DNA of 64,000 nt from Mobula hypostoma (taxonomy: Eukaryota). Location: positions 178,498,001 to 178,562,000 of the forward strand of contig NC_086100.1 of assembly GCF_963921235.1 (NCBI RefSeq), given 5' to 3'. This document shows positions 13,349 to 26,694 of this stretch, piece after piece (the first letter of the stretch is position 1; each line of letters opens with the position of its first letter). A model generated the notes under the pieces. It made no database searches. It saw only the letters and a program-made list of their open reading frames with translations, and was not told the origin of the DNA. The position numbers and the translations under genes were made by a program.

Positions 13349-13399
13349 CTTATTGCACTGTATCCTTGGGTGAAAGTTTGGGAGGCAAAGGTTTATCAT
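13349..13399 (-). CDS. UBOX5: UBOX5 first coding exon (MINLCLPNFHPRIQCNK); the exon probably spans 13349-13441 including 42 nt of 5' UTR
   Basis: Matches the UBOX5 N-terminus (human MVINLCLPQFRPRIHCNK as recalled); donor AAG|GTATCT; strong acceptor ttttttccccttcattacag| ending at 13442. Confidence 0.9.
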
Positions 13400-13519
13400 C
13401 GTCTGCAATCAGATTAAGAATAAATCCAAAAGATGCTTCTTCTGTAATGAAGGGGAAAAAAATTAACATGAAGTCAACTTGAACCACAATCAGCATGTAA
13501 TAACTCATGAATGGCATTC

Positions 13520-16460
13520 CATACGACCCTAAGACACTGAGCCAGATTAGGCCATTTAGCCCATCAAGTCTGCTCTGCCATTTCATCACACTGATCAATT
13601 TTTTCCTCTCAGCCCCAGTCTCCCGCATTCTCCATGTATTCCTTCATGCCCTGACTAATCAAGAACCTATAAACCTCTGCCTTAAATATACAGACAGACT
13701 CGGCCTCCAGAGGTACCAGCGGCACCAGTGGCAACAAATTCCACAGATTCACTACTATCTTGCTATAGAAATTCCTCCTCATCCCTGTTCTAAAAGGATG
13801 CCCCTCTATTCAGAGGCTGTGTCCTCTGGTTTGAGACTCTCCCACCATAGGAAACATCCAATCCACATCCCCTCTGTCAAGGCCTTTCACCATTCGATAG
13901 GTTTCAATGAGGTCACCACATATTCTTCTGAATTCTAGTGAATGCAGGCCCAGAGCCATCAAATGCTCTTCTTCTGACAAAATGTTCAAACCTGGAATAA
14001 TTTTCGTGAGCATCCTTTGAACCCTCTCCAGTTTCAGCACTTCCTTTCTAAGATAAGGGGCTCAAAACTGCTCACAATTCTCCAAGTAAGGCTTCAATAG
14101 TGCTTTATAAATTCTCAACATTACCTCTTTGCTTTTATATTCCAGTCCTCTTGAAATGAATGCTAACATTGCATTTGCCCTCCTCACTATAAATTCGACC
14201 TGCAAATTAACCTTTAGGGAATCCCGCACAAGCACGCCCAGGTCCCTATGCATCTCAGATTTTTGTATTTTCTCTCCATTTAGAAAATGGTCAGCACTTT
14301 CATTTCTTCTAAGTACATGGATGGCCTGCACTTTCCGACACTGTATTCCATCAGCTACTTCTTTGCCCATTCTCCTAAATTGTCTAAGTCCTTCTGTAGC
14401 CTCTTGACTTCCTCAACCTGATCTGCCACTCCACCTATCCTCTCCAAACTTGGCAACAAAGCCATCAATTTCCTCATGCAAATTACTGACATATAACATA
14501 AAAAGAATCGGTTCCAACACAGAACCCTGTAGAACACCCACTTGTCACTGGCAGCCAACTAAAAAAGGCTCCCTTTGTATCCACTCTTGCCTCCTGCCAG
14601 TCAGCCACTACTTCATCCATGCTAGAATCTTCCCCGTAGCTTGTTAAACAGCCTCATGTGTAGTACTTTGTCAAAGGCCTTCTGAAAATACAAATACACA
14701 ACATCAACCGATTCTCCTCAGGCTTGTTATTTGCTTGTTATTTCTTCAAAGAATTCCAACAGGTTTGTCAGGCAAGATTTTTTTCTTGAGGAAACCATGC
14801 TGAGTATGGCCTATTTTATCATGTGCCAAGTGCCCCGACATCACATCCTTAACAGTCGACTCGAATATCTTCCCAACCACTGAAGTCAGATCAACTGACC
14901 TCCAATTTCCTTTCTTCTAACTCTTTTCCTTCTTGAAGAGTGGAGCGGAGTACAAATTTCCAGTTTTCCAGAATCATTCCAGAATCTAGAGATTCTTGAA
15001 AGATCATTACTAATGCATCCACAATCTCTTCAGCCACCTCTTTCAGAACCTGGGATGTGCACCATCTGGTCCAGGTGACTCAACTACCTTCAGACCTTTC
15101 AGTTTCCCAAGAACCCTTACCCTAGTAATGGTAATTTCACACACTTAATGCTCCCTGACACCTGGAACTTCCACCATACTGCTGTATCTTGCACAGTGAA
15201 GACGGATGCAAAATACATATTCAGTTTATCCGCTTTTTCCTTATCCAATACTATTACCCCTCCAGCTTTGTTTTCCAAGGGTCCAATATCCACTCTCACC
15301 TCTCTTTTACATTTGAGGTGTCTGAAGAAACTTTTGTTATCTTCTTTAATATTATTGGCCGGCTTACTTTTGCATTCCATCTTTACCTTAATTACTTTTT
15401 TAGTTGCCTTTAACCTACCAATAACCCACAAATTATTAAATGCCCTTTCTTTGGCTTTTATGCTGGCTTTGACTTCTCTTGTTAGGCATGGTTGTGTCCT
15501 CTGCCTATAGAATACTTCCTCTTTGGTATGTATATGTCCCATGCCTTCCAAACCCTGCTTCCAGAAATTCCAGCTATTGCTGCGCTGCCATCATCCCTGC
15601 CGGTATTCTTTTCCAATCAATTCTGGCCAACTCCTCTCTCATGCCTCTGTAATTCCCTTTACTCCACTGTAATACTGATATATCTGACTTTGGCTTCTCC
15701 TTCTCAAAATTCAAGGTGAGTTCGATCCTATTATGTTCACTTGTCCCAACAGGTCGAAATCCAGCACCAAACCAATTTTTCTAAACTGCCTGCATATTGA
15801 ATTCCACCCACCCACCTGACGATTGTAACAGTACCCTTTTGGCACGCTGTTTCTATCTCCTGTTGTAATTTGTAAACCACATCCTTACTACTGTTTGGGG
15901 TCTGCATACAATTCCCATCAGAATCTTTTTACCCTCACAGTTCCTTAGCTCTATCCACAATAATTCAACACCTTTTGACCCCAAGTCACATTTTTCTAAT
16001 GATTTGATTTAATTTTTTACCAACAGAGCAACATAACCCCCTCTGCCTTTCTGCCTATCGTTTCGATACAATGTGTATCCTTGGGGATTAAGCTCCCAGC
16101 TATAATTTTCTTTCAGCCATGATTCATACATGCCAATATGTAACTGTGCAACAAATTCATTTAACTTATTCTGTGAACCGCATGCATTCAAATATAATAC
16201 CTTCAGTCCTGTATTCACCCTTTTCGATTGTGCCCACCTTTTACATTGCAACTCATCCTGTTGACTGCGATTTTGTCCTATCACCAGCTTCTCCTTGCTA
16301 GGAGTCTCACTACACATTGCCTCTGTTTGAAAACCAACTACCTCATCTTCAGCACTATCACTCCAGTTCCCATCCCCCTGACAAATTAGTATCAACCCAT
16401 CCAAACCACTCTAGCCAATGAGCCTGCAATGATATTGGTCCCCCTCAGGTTCAGGTGTAA
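13520..16460 (-). mobile_element. CR1-type LINE, decayed ORF2 (endonuclease to C-terminus)
   Basis: VLYLNA (APE start), YFASVFT, LAFISRGLEYKSK and ERVQR motifs in broken frames. Confidence 0.85.
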
Positions 16461-16754
16461 CTCGCTTAACCCTGATGAGTCAAAGCCGCTCTGAACACTG
16501 GCATGCTCCAAATGAATGGCCCTCTGCTTGAACTTGAATTATTCTTATTGGCCTTTTCTAATGAATCCCTGTTACTGATTGGTCACTCCTCAACTCAAGA
16601 GAAACTGCAGCAAAACTCTGCCTTTGAAATCTCAATCACCTTCTTGGTTAAAAGGTAGCTCTTTTTATGCAGCCTTTATGTGGATTTGGTGGCTTTGGGT
16701 CTGTACATGTAGTTCAAATGGATGTGGGAGTATCCCATTATTACAGACTATTCT

Positions 16755-17065
16755 GAAAGGCCTAAATAGAGGGGCCATGGAGAGGATGTTTCCATTAGGA
16801 GAGCCCGAAGGTACAGCTTAAGAGTAAAGGGATGTCCCTTTAGAACCAAGATGAGGACTTCTTCAACCGAAAGTAGTGAATCTGTCACCACAGAGAGCAG
16901 CAGACAAGTCATTGGGTGAGTTTAAGGCACAAATTCATAGATTCTCGATTGGCATAGGAGTTAAGGCAGAAGAAAGGGGTTAAGAAATTCAGCCATGATT
17001 GAATGAATGGAGCAGACTTGATGGGACAAATGGCCTAATTCTGTTCCTGTAACTTCTGGCCTTAT
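16755..17065 (+). mobile_element. Decayed CR1 3' fragment
   Basis: LKGLNRGAMERMFP and CR1 3' UTR (gcagacttgatgggacaaatggcctaattct). Confidence 0.65.
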
Positions 17066-18149
17066 GAGCAATAAACTTGCCCATAGCTGCACTGGAACAC
17101 TTAAGTGACAATTACCCTTACCATTTATCATAGACTTTGTATCAGTCATGTACAGAGATGGAATAACCTGGGGCTGGTCCTCCGCATCAAATGGTTTTAA
17201 CACTCAAGCTTTTGACATCTTGTCTTCGCTGTTGCATTCTAATCCTCATTCAGCAATTCTCCATACAGTAAAGATGGGCAAGTTACTTACTGCTGTGGTG
17301 ATGAGATATCAGTCACATCCATGCAAAAATAAGTAATCTGGCATGCCAGACAAACAAAATCTATCATGTTCTTTTCTGATCACTTTATAAATCACTCAGG
17401 ATTGCAAAACAGACAGCCACTGACATTTCAGTGGTTGTCAAATTCAATGCAACATATTTCAAAGTTTTTATTGGAGATATTCCTCTGAAATCAAGGGCTT
17501 TGAAGTACCTACTGGACATCAGACTTTTGGATCAAGAATGACTGATTTCATTTTCGAGGTTTATAATTTTTTTCTTTTATTACCTTTTGCATTTTTGACA
17601 ATGAATTTCTGTGTAAAGAACTGACTTTAGTCAATTAACATTTTGAACCCATAAGCAATTTTATTACTTTGCTAGGTTCTAGCAGCGATGCACAGAATCA
17701 GACAACTAATTTCTTCTGACGCGGTGTCACAATTTACCAAACCAGCACAAGGCTTATCCCTTTAAAAATAAGCACAATTCTATTGTAGCACTTTTGAACA
17801 TTTATCCACATAAAACAAATTTAGATACAATACATTTACAAAAAATCAGAAAACCTTCATAGATTCTTGTTTCTTCACATTAGTGATGTGCCTTCAGAGC
17901 CACAATAAAATGATTCAGAATTACCCAAATGGTTAAATCAATATCATAAAAAATGCTGTTTTTGCATCACTAATAAGACTCAACATAATAAACATCTTTG
18001 AAAGTCCTCCACTGTCCCACCATGTAGCTAAATGTTTGTACTGTACGTAAACTACAGACTACAAAGGCTCCATGAGAAATGAATAACCTGATTAATGGAA
18101 ATCCAGCCTAACACGAATTCTCTCATCCATGTTTAAAAGCAAGCAAACA

Positions 18150-18625
18150 TGTGGATACTATAGAGAGACTGCAGAGGAGATTTACAAGGATGTTGCCTGG
18201 ATTGGAGGGTGTACCTTATGAGAATAGGTTGAGTAAACTTGGCCTTTTCTCCTTGGAGCGATGGAGGATGAGAGGTGATCTGATACAGGTGTATAAGATG
18301 ATGAGGAGCATTGATCCTGTGGGTAGTCAGAGGATTTTTCCCAGGGCTGAAATGGCTAACGTGGTACTTGGAAATAGGTACCGAGGGGGTGTCAGGGGCA
18401 AGTTTTTCCACAGAGAGTGGCAAGTGCGTGGAATGCACTGCCGGCGGCAGTGGTGGAAGCGGATACAATAGGGTCTTTTAAGAGCCTCTTACATAGGTTC
18501 ATGAAGCTTAGAAAAATAAAGGACTATGTGCTAGGGAAATTTTAGGTAGTTTCTAGAGAGTTTCATGGTCGGCACAACATTGTGGGTTGAAGGGCCTGTA
18601 ATGTGCTGCAGATTTCTATGTTCTT
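18150..18625 (+). mobile_element. CR1 3' fragment
   Basis: ERLQRRFTRMLPGL...LFSLERWRMRGDLI; tail ttctatgttct. Confidence 0.85.
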
Positions 18626-18914
18626 TCATGGTAATCATTAATGACTGGTTACAGTATATATTCCATTAGTTTTATGATGTGTAAAGGTCAGATGATTATT
18701 AAATGAAGTGTATAATTATAGCAACATACATGGATTTCTCTTGGATATTTCCGACTTCCGGAGAAATCCTCTTACGGATAGCTCTCAGAAACATAACCGT
18801 GATGAAATCTGGGGACTGCCTGTATTCCAAATCAGATCAAATTATCAGAAGTTTTTAATAGTGACTTTCGTCACTTTTAAAAACACTAAATAGCAAGTTT
18901 TTCCTTTTACTCCA

Positions 18915-19379
18915 AATTATCTCTGAGGATCTAACCTGGTCTGAACATATCGATGCAGTTATAAAGAAGGCAAGACAGCGACTATACTTCATTAGGAGTT
19001 TGGAGAGATTTGGTATGTCAACAAATACACTCAAAAACTTCTATAGATATACCGTGGAGAGCATTCTGACAGGTTGCATCACTGTCTGGTATCGGAGGGG
19101 GGTTACTGCACAGGACCGAAAGATGCAACAGAGGGTTGTTAGCTTAGTCGGCTCTATCTTGGGTACTAGCCTACAAAGTGTCCATTATTAAGGACCTCCA
19201 GCACCCAGGGCATGCTCTTTTCTCAGTTACCATCAGGTAGGAGGTACAGAAGCCTGAAGGCACACACTCAGCGATTCAGGAACAACTTCTTCCCCGCTGC
19301 CATCCAATTTCCAAAAGGACATTGAACCCTTGAACACTACCTCATTTTTAATATATTATTTCTGGGTTTTTTTGCATGA

Positions 19380-19450
<71 letters not shown>

Positions 19451-19575
19451 TACATACACAGTAATTGATTAATTTACTTATTTTTCTTTTTCCTCTATAT
19501 TATGTATTGCATTGAACTGCTGCTGTCAAGTTAACAAATACCACAACACGTCGGTGATAATAAACCTGATTCTGA
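18915..19575 (+). mobile_element. Rex1/Babar-type LINE 3' fragment
   Basis: KKARQRLYFIRSL...NFYRYTVESILTGCITVWY; end ataataaacctgattctga. Confidence 0.75.
19386..19460. repeat. Compound (TA)n(CA)n microsatellite
   Basis: Directly visible tandem dinucleotides. Confidence 0.95.
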
Positions 19576-21133
19576 TGTTGTTAAGAAACAGTTGCAAAAG
19601 TTTTTCCTTTTACTACATTAATTATGTGGTCAAGCAACATCAGTTTGTTTTAAGTTCCCTGGAATTTTTGATCATTCAGTATGATGACCTGTTGCTCTGT
19701 CCTCTAGAAAATACAAAACCATTGTCAGCTTTCTTTTGGCTAAAAGGACAATTCTCTTGTAGACATTTATTTGCCTATCCAAAGTAGACAACCTTTTGGA
19801 AACACAAGATGCTGGAAATCTGGAGCATAAAAAATAAACTACTGGACAGACTACTGAAATTCCTTCAGTAGACATAAGGTTTTACTTAGAAATAAATAAT
19901 CCAACTGTACGGAACAGCACCTGGCTACAAAAATCACAGCACAGACAGGAGCTGCTTTCCTCTCCACAGAAGGAGGAATTTTGAAGGAATCAGAATTATG
20001 ATTAATTGATCATTTGGGTACTCTAGTGTTAACAGGTATGAAAGCATTCTGTCTGATAAATCTTTTCGCATACATCTCTTGTACCGATGTTCATTGTCAC
20101 CACTGATGCCTGTGAACAAAATGGATCCACTTGCAATCATTCTGCACTAAACCCACAGACTGCTTAGCAATCAAAATCCCTACTGATTATATGTTCATAA
20201 ATTACTTTCAACAAGTACTAGATGTACAATTTTAGAGCTCTTGTACTCAATTAGTATCAAAATAATCTTGATTATTTCAAACCCACTGCTGGTAACTATC
20301 CTTTCTAGTTGCCATCAAACAGTGGAGAATCACAGAGGTACTAAGATAGAGAGGTACTCAGTCCACATCGACAATCAGGCACCAATTAAAACCCTGCCTG
20401 AGCACACTTCATTCTCACCACATTCCCATCAGCTCCTCCCAGACTTTACCACTTACATCTACCCCAGGGGTCATTTTCACTGGCCATTTATCCTACCAAC
20501 CCACGTTTTTGGGATAATGCTTTCAAAAATGAGATCTGGGACAGATGTCCAATTTCTATTGATCTAAATAGAATGGAGCTGTTGTTAATTCAGATCAGTT
20601 CAGTTCAGATCATGAAGGGTTGACACATTCCCCTTCTGACTGGGGAATTCTTGAACATTGTCCAGTTTTTAATGAGATTCCTAATTCTGCATCATTAAAA
20701 GCTGGTGAGACTGAATTGCAAACTGATCACTAGTAGCAGAATCACAGTAACTTTTACATAGAATATAGAACAGTACAGCACAGGGGCAAACCATTCAGCC
20801 CACAATGTTGTGATAAACCAGCTAAAAAGCAAATCAAAATCACTCAAATACTAATCCCTCCTACCTACACACGTCCATATTTCTCCATCTTCCTTACATC
20901 CATGTGCCGATCCAAATGTCTCTTAGAAGCCTCCAATGTACTTTGCTCTAATACTATGCCAGGCAATGCATTGCAGGCATCCACGACTCTGAGTGGAAAA
21001 ACTTACCCCTCACATCCCCCTTGAACCTAGCCACTCACCTTCAATGTACGCCCTCTGGTATTACACATTTCAACCTGGGTAACAGATACTTTGTCCACTC
21101 TATCTATGCCTCATGTAATCTTATAAACCTCCA

Positions 21134-24100
21134 GTGAGTGAGTGGGCCAGTGAAGGAGTGGAGCTTTGAGGCTTTGATGAGAAGAGGTGGAGGACAAGCT
21201 TCCTTGCAGTTAGTATTTACAACGCCTCCTGAGACGGTGATGTGCCTCTCATGTGAGATGTGGCAGTCTTGGGGGAACGCCCCTCTCCCGCAGAGTCACA
21301 TCTGCCAGAAGTGCATGCAGCTGGGCGATAGGGAAGACCGCGTAAGGAATCTAGAGTAGCAGCTGGATGACCTTCGATATAAGGGAGAATGAGGCGGTCA
21401 TAGATAAGAGCTACAGGGAGGTAGTCACACCTAGGCTGTCGGAAGCAGGTCGTTGGGTGACAGTCAGAGGGGGGAAAGCGAAGGTGAGCAGACAGGTAGT
21501 GCAGAGCACCCCTGTAGCCATTCCCCTGAATAATAAGTTTACCGTCCTGGATACTGATGGCGGAGACGACCAACCAGGTGTGAGCCACGGTGGCAAGGCA
21601 TCTGGCACTGAGTCTGACTCTGTGGTGCAGAAGGGTGGGATGGAGAAGAGGAGAGGTGTCATCATTGGAAACTCTACAGTCAGGGGAGCAGACAGGAGAT
21701 TTTGTGGACGTGAGGACACCCGCATGGTTTGTTGCCTCCCTGGTGCCAGAGTCCGGGATGTCTCTGACTGGGTGCACGACATTCTGGTACGAGAGGGAAA
21801 GCAACCAGAAGTTGTGATACATGTTGGTACCAACGATATAGGCAGGAAGAAGGATGAGGTCCTGAAGTGTGAGTTTCGGGAACTAGGCAGAAGGCTGAAG
21901 AACAGGACCTCAAGGGTGGCATTCTCAGAATTGCTGCCAGTGCTATGTGACAGTGATGGTAAGAACTGGAGGAGATGGCAGTTGAACGCGTGGCTGAGGA
22001 GTTGGTGCAGGGGTCAGGGTTTTAGATTTTTGGATCATTGGGATTTCTTCTGGGGAAGGTGGGATCTGTACAGATTGGATGGGTTGCACCTGAACTCAAG
22101 GGGGAGCAATATCCTTGCAGGTAGGTTTGCTAGCATGGTTCGGGAGGGTTTAAACTAATTTGCAAAGGGGATGGGACCCAGAGCGATAGAGCAGTGAAAG
22201 AAATGCATGAGGTAAATCCAGATCTAACATATAGAGGGGCTTTGAGGAAAGAGAAGCAGAATAAAGGGTGTAAAGGTAGTAAGGCAGAAGGGCTAAAGTG
22301 TGTGTACCTCAATGCAAGAAGCATCAGGAATAAAGGTGATGAACTGAGAGCTTGGATACATACATGGAATTATGATGTAGTGGCCATTACAGAGACTTGG
22401 CTGGCACCAGGGCAGGAATGGATTCTCAATATTCCTGGATTTTAGTGCTTTAAAAGGGATAGAGAAGGGGGGAAAGGGGAGGAGGGGTGGCATTACTGGT
22501 CAGGGATACTATTACAGCTACAGAAAGGGTGGGTAATGTTGCAGGATCCTCTTTTGAGTCAGTATGGGTGGAAGTCAGGAACAGGAAGGGAACAGTTACT
22601 CTACAGGGGGTATTCTGTAGGCCCCCTGGTAGCAGCAGAGATACAGAGGAGCAGACTGGGAGGCAGATTTTGGAAAGGTGCAAAAATAACAGGGTTGTTA
22701 TCATGGGTGACTTTAACTTCCCTAATATTGATTGGCACCTGATTAGTTCCAAGGGTTTAGATGGGGCAGAGTTTGTTAAGTGTGTCCAGGACGGATTCCT
22801 GTCACAGTATGTGGACAAGCCGACCGGGGGAATGCCATACTAGATCTAGTACTAGGTAACGAACCAGGTCAGGTCACAGATCTCTCAGTGGGTGAGCATC
22901 TGGAGGACAGTGACCACTGCTCTCTGGCCTTTAGCATTATCATGGAAAAGGATAGAATCAGAGAGGACAGGAAAATTTTTAACTGGGGAAGGGCAAATTA
23001 TGAGGCTATAAGGCTAGAACTTGGTGGTGTGAATTGGGATGATGTTTTTGCAGAGAAATGTACTATGGACATGTGGTCGATGTTTAGAGATCTCTTGCAG
23101 GATGTTAGGGATAAATTTGTCCCGGTGAGGAAGATAAAGAATGGTAGGGTGAAGGAACCATGGGTGACAAGTGAGGTGAAAAATCTAGTCAGGTGGAAGA
23201 AAGCAGCATACATGAGGTTTAGGAAACAAGGATCAGATGGGTCTATTGAGGAATATAGGGAAGCAAGAAAGGAGCTTAAGAAGGGGCTGAGAAGAGCAAG
23301 AAGGGGGCATGAGAAGGCCATGGCGAGTAGGGTAAAGGAAAACCCCAAGGCATTCTTCAATTTTGTGAAGAACAAAAGGATGACAGGAGTGAAGGTAGGA
23401 TCAATTAGAGATAAAGGTGGGAAGATGTGCCTGGAGGATGTGGAAGTGAGCGAGGTCCTCAATGAATACTTCTCTTCGGTATTCACCAATAAGAGGGAAC
23501 TTGATGACGGTGAGGACAATATGAGTGAGGTTGATGTTCTGGAGCATGTTGATATTAAGGCAGAGGAGGTGATGGAGTTGTTAAAATACATTAGGATGGG
23601 TAAGTCCCCGGGGCCTGACGGAATATTCCCCAGGCTGCTCCACGAGGCGAGAGAAGAGATTGCTGAGCCTCTGGCTAGGATCTTTATGTCCTCATTGTCC
23701 ACGGGAATGGTACTGGAGGATTGGAGGGAGGCGAATGTTGTCCCCTTGTTCAAAAAAGGTAGTAGGGATAGTCCAGGTAATTATAGACCAGTGAGCCTTA
23801 TGTCAAAGCTGTTGGAAAACATTCTTAGAGATAGGATCTATGGGCATTTAGAGAATCACGGTCTGATCAGGGACAGTCAGCATAGCTTTGTGAAGGGCAG
23901 ATCGTGTCTAACAAGCCTGATAGAGCTCCTTGAGGAGGTGACCAGGCATATAGATGAGGGTAGTGCAATGGATGTGATCTACATGGATTTTAGTAAGGCA
24001 TTTGACAAGGTTCCATACGGTAGGCTTATTCAGAAAGTCAGAAGGCATGGGATCTAGGGAAGTTTGGCCAGGAGGATTCAGAATTGGCTTGCCTGCAGAA

Positions 24101-25125
24101 GGCAGAGAGTACATTCAGGTTGGAGGGTTGTGACTAATGGTGTCCCACAAGGATCTGTTCTGAGACCTCTACTTTTCGTGATTTCTATTAACGACCTGGA
24201 CGTGGGGGTAGAAGGGTGGGTTGGCAAGTTTGCAGACGATACAAAAGGTTGGTGGTATTGTAGACAGTGTAGAGGATTGTCAAAGATTGCAGAAAGACAT
24301 TGATAGGATGCAGAAGTGGGCTGAGAAGTGGCAGATGGAGTTCAACCCGGAGAAGTGTGAGGTGGTACACTTTGGAAGGACAAACTCCAAGGCAGAGTAC
24401 AAAGTAAATGGCAGGATACTTGGTAGTGTGGAGGAGCAGAGGGATCTGAAAGTACATGTCCACAGATCCCTGAAAGTTGCCTCACAGGTAGATAGGGTAG
24501 TTAAGAAAGCTTATGGGGTGTTAGCTTTCATAAGTCGAGGGATAGAGTTTAAGAGTCGCGAGGTAATGATGCAGCTCTATAAAACTCTGGTTAGGCCACA
24601 TTTGGAGTACTGTGTCCAGTTCTGGTCGCCTCACTATAGGAAGGATGTGGAAGCATTGGAAAGAGTACAGTACAGAGGAGATTTACCAGGGTGCTGCCTG
24701 GTTTAGAGAGTATGCGTTATGATCAGAGATTAACAGAGCTAGGGCTTTACTCTTTGGAGAGAAGGAGGATGAGAGGAGACATGATAGAGGTGTACAAGAT
24801 ATTAAGAGGAATAGATAGAGTGGATAGCCAGGCCTCTTCCCCAGGGCACCACTGCTCAATACAAGAGGACACGGCTTTAAGGTAAGGGGTGGGAAGTTCA
24901 AGGGGGATATTAGAGGAAGGTTTTTTACTCAGAGAGTGGTTGGTGCATAGAATGCACTGCCTGAGTCAGTGGTGGAGGCAGATACACTAGTGAAGTTTAA
25001 AAGACTACTAGACAGGTATATAGAGGAATTTAAGGTGGGGGGTTATATGGGAGGCAGGGTTTGATGGTCGGCACAACATTGTGGGCCGAAGGGCCTGTAA
25101 TGTGCTGTACTATTCTATGTTCTAT
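21134..25125 (+). mobile_element. Near full-length CR1 LINE (ORF1 zinc finger + SGNH esterase; ORF2 APE + RT), frameshifted, inserted into an older minus-strand CR1 tail (~20755-21133 and ~25126-25500)
   Basis: ORF1 CLSC..CQKC, GNS, HVGTND, DGLHLN; ORF2 YLNARSI, GDFN, YRPVSL, DFSKAFDKVP, GVPQGS, FADD; 3' (ttctatg) tail. Confidence 0.92.
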
Positions 25126-25619
25126 CTTTTCTCCCCTCAGTCTCTGATGCTTCAGAGAAAACAACCCAAGTTTATATCAGCCTTTCGTGATAGCACATGC
25201 CCTCTAAACCAGGCAGCATCCTGGTAGACATCTTTGCACCCTCCCCAAAGCCTCAACATCCATCCAATAGTGGGGCAACTATAAATATACGCAATACTTC
25301 AGGTGTGGCCTAACTAACATTTTATAAAGTTGCAACATAACCTCCTGATGTTTGACCTCATTGCCTTGACTAATAAAAGCAAGCATTCCATAAACGTTCT
25401 TAACCACTGTGTGGACCTGTGTAACACTTTCAAGGAGTTATGAACTTGGATCCCAAGATCTCTCTGCTCAGCAACACTGATAAGGATTATCCCATTTCCA
25501 AGGGAAAGATACATATCCAGATGAAGGAAATGAAATGACAGTGCTACCCTTAGGTATCAAATCATCACAAAAAACTTAATGCAGTGTGAAATATTTAGTC
25601 AAATGACCCTTTTTCTGCT

Positions 25620-25850
25620 TGTTTATTTGAGCTACAACATGGAATAGGCACTTCCGACTCTTCAAGCCAAGCCACTGAGCAATCCCCCAATTTTACCCTA
25701 GCCTAATCACAAGACAATTTACAACCAATTAACCTACTAAATGGTATGTCTTTGGAATGTGGGAGAAAACCAGAGCACCTGGAGGAAACCCACAAGGTCA
25801 TGAGGAAAACATACAAACTCCTTAGAGACAGTGACAGGATTTCTTACAAC
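25620..25850 (-). mobile_element. SINE-like fragment
   Basis: tgtgggagaaaaccagagcacctggaggaaacccac...acatacaaactcc is the reverse complement of the core seen at 2.8 kb. Confidence 0.5.
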
Positions 25851-26688
25851 CTTTGAATTTTAATTGACAAAACTATACAAAAGCAGAATGACGATGTTTT
25901 CTTAAGTTAAGCATTGCACTCCTGTCCAATTTAGAACTACAGAAGTACCTACTTTAGGATCTTGCTGCAGTGCTGGAAGAATTCATATTAATCCACATAT
26001 TAATGATTTAGATTCCAAATAAAATTCTTGCAATAAGACTTTAATTATTATTAATTGACAATGATGTTTGATATATAAACAAATATGCTGACTTCTCATC
26101 TGCACAAGGTTATTATCATGTCATCTGGAAGTTCACTGATTTAATTCCAGATGAATTGAGTTGCTTGAAGAATTTTTCAGAACGAGGCACAAGGTGGTTA
26201 GCTGACAGCAGTCAGGCAAAGGGATCATAAAGATTATCTCATGGCCCTTTAGCTGGGAGGGGAAAATTATAGTAGCTCATGTCCAATTGTAATTCAGTGG
26301 CTCACAGACCAAGTGAATATGCAAGTATTAGCACTGCACAAGAGAAATGTGTCTCGTTTCACAAAAATGAAACTATAGATGCTTAGGTGGCATAACAGTC
26401 AATGGTCATACGATGTAGTATGTGTGAAGGCCTTTGAACGAGTAAGGAGTAAAACAAAAAATTGGTTTTCGTAGAAGCTAATTTGGGTTACTAACAATAG
26501 CAGTTATAACAATACAAATCAAATCCAATTGTTCTTATGAAGCCAAGTTTCTTGCACCAGTAGATTCACTCCAAAAAAAAAATTTGTTCACAAAACAGAG
26601 CAAAGAGCTTGATATGGAATCATCTCATTCACTTTTTTTCTTAATTTAATTCAGAAAGTAAATATAGTATGTCCTTTCTGGAAGACAA

Positions 26689-26694
26689 TTTATT
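26689..26694 (-). terminator. Candidate polyadenylation signal directly after the FASTKD5 stop codon
   Basis: Minus strand reads TGA-AATAAA-TTG. Confidence 0.5.

Noticed and set aside
13403-13405. Proximal CAG acceptor 3 nt before the UBOX5 ATG
   Set aside because: Possible, but the acceptor ending at 13442 has a much stronger polypyrimidine tract; unresolved without RNA data.
22998-23753. Long antisense ORFs over LINEs (also 21217-21822, 45561-45890, 63218-63757)
   Set aside because: Shadow frames of transposon coding sequence with no independent protein features.
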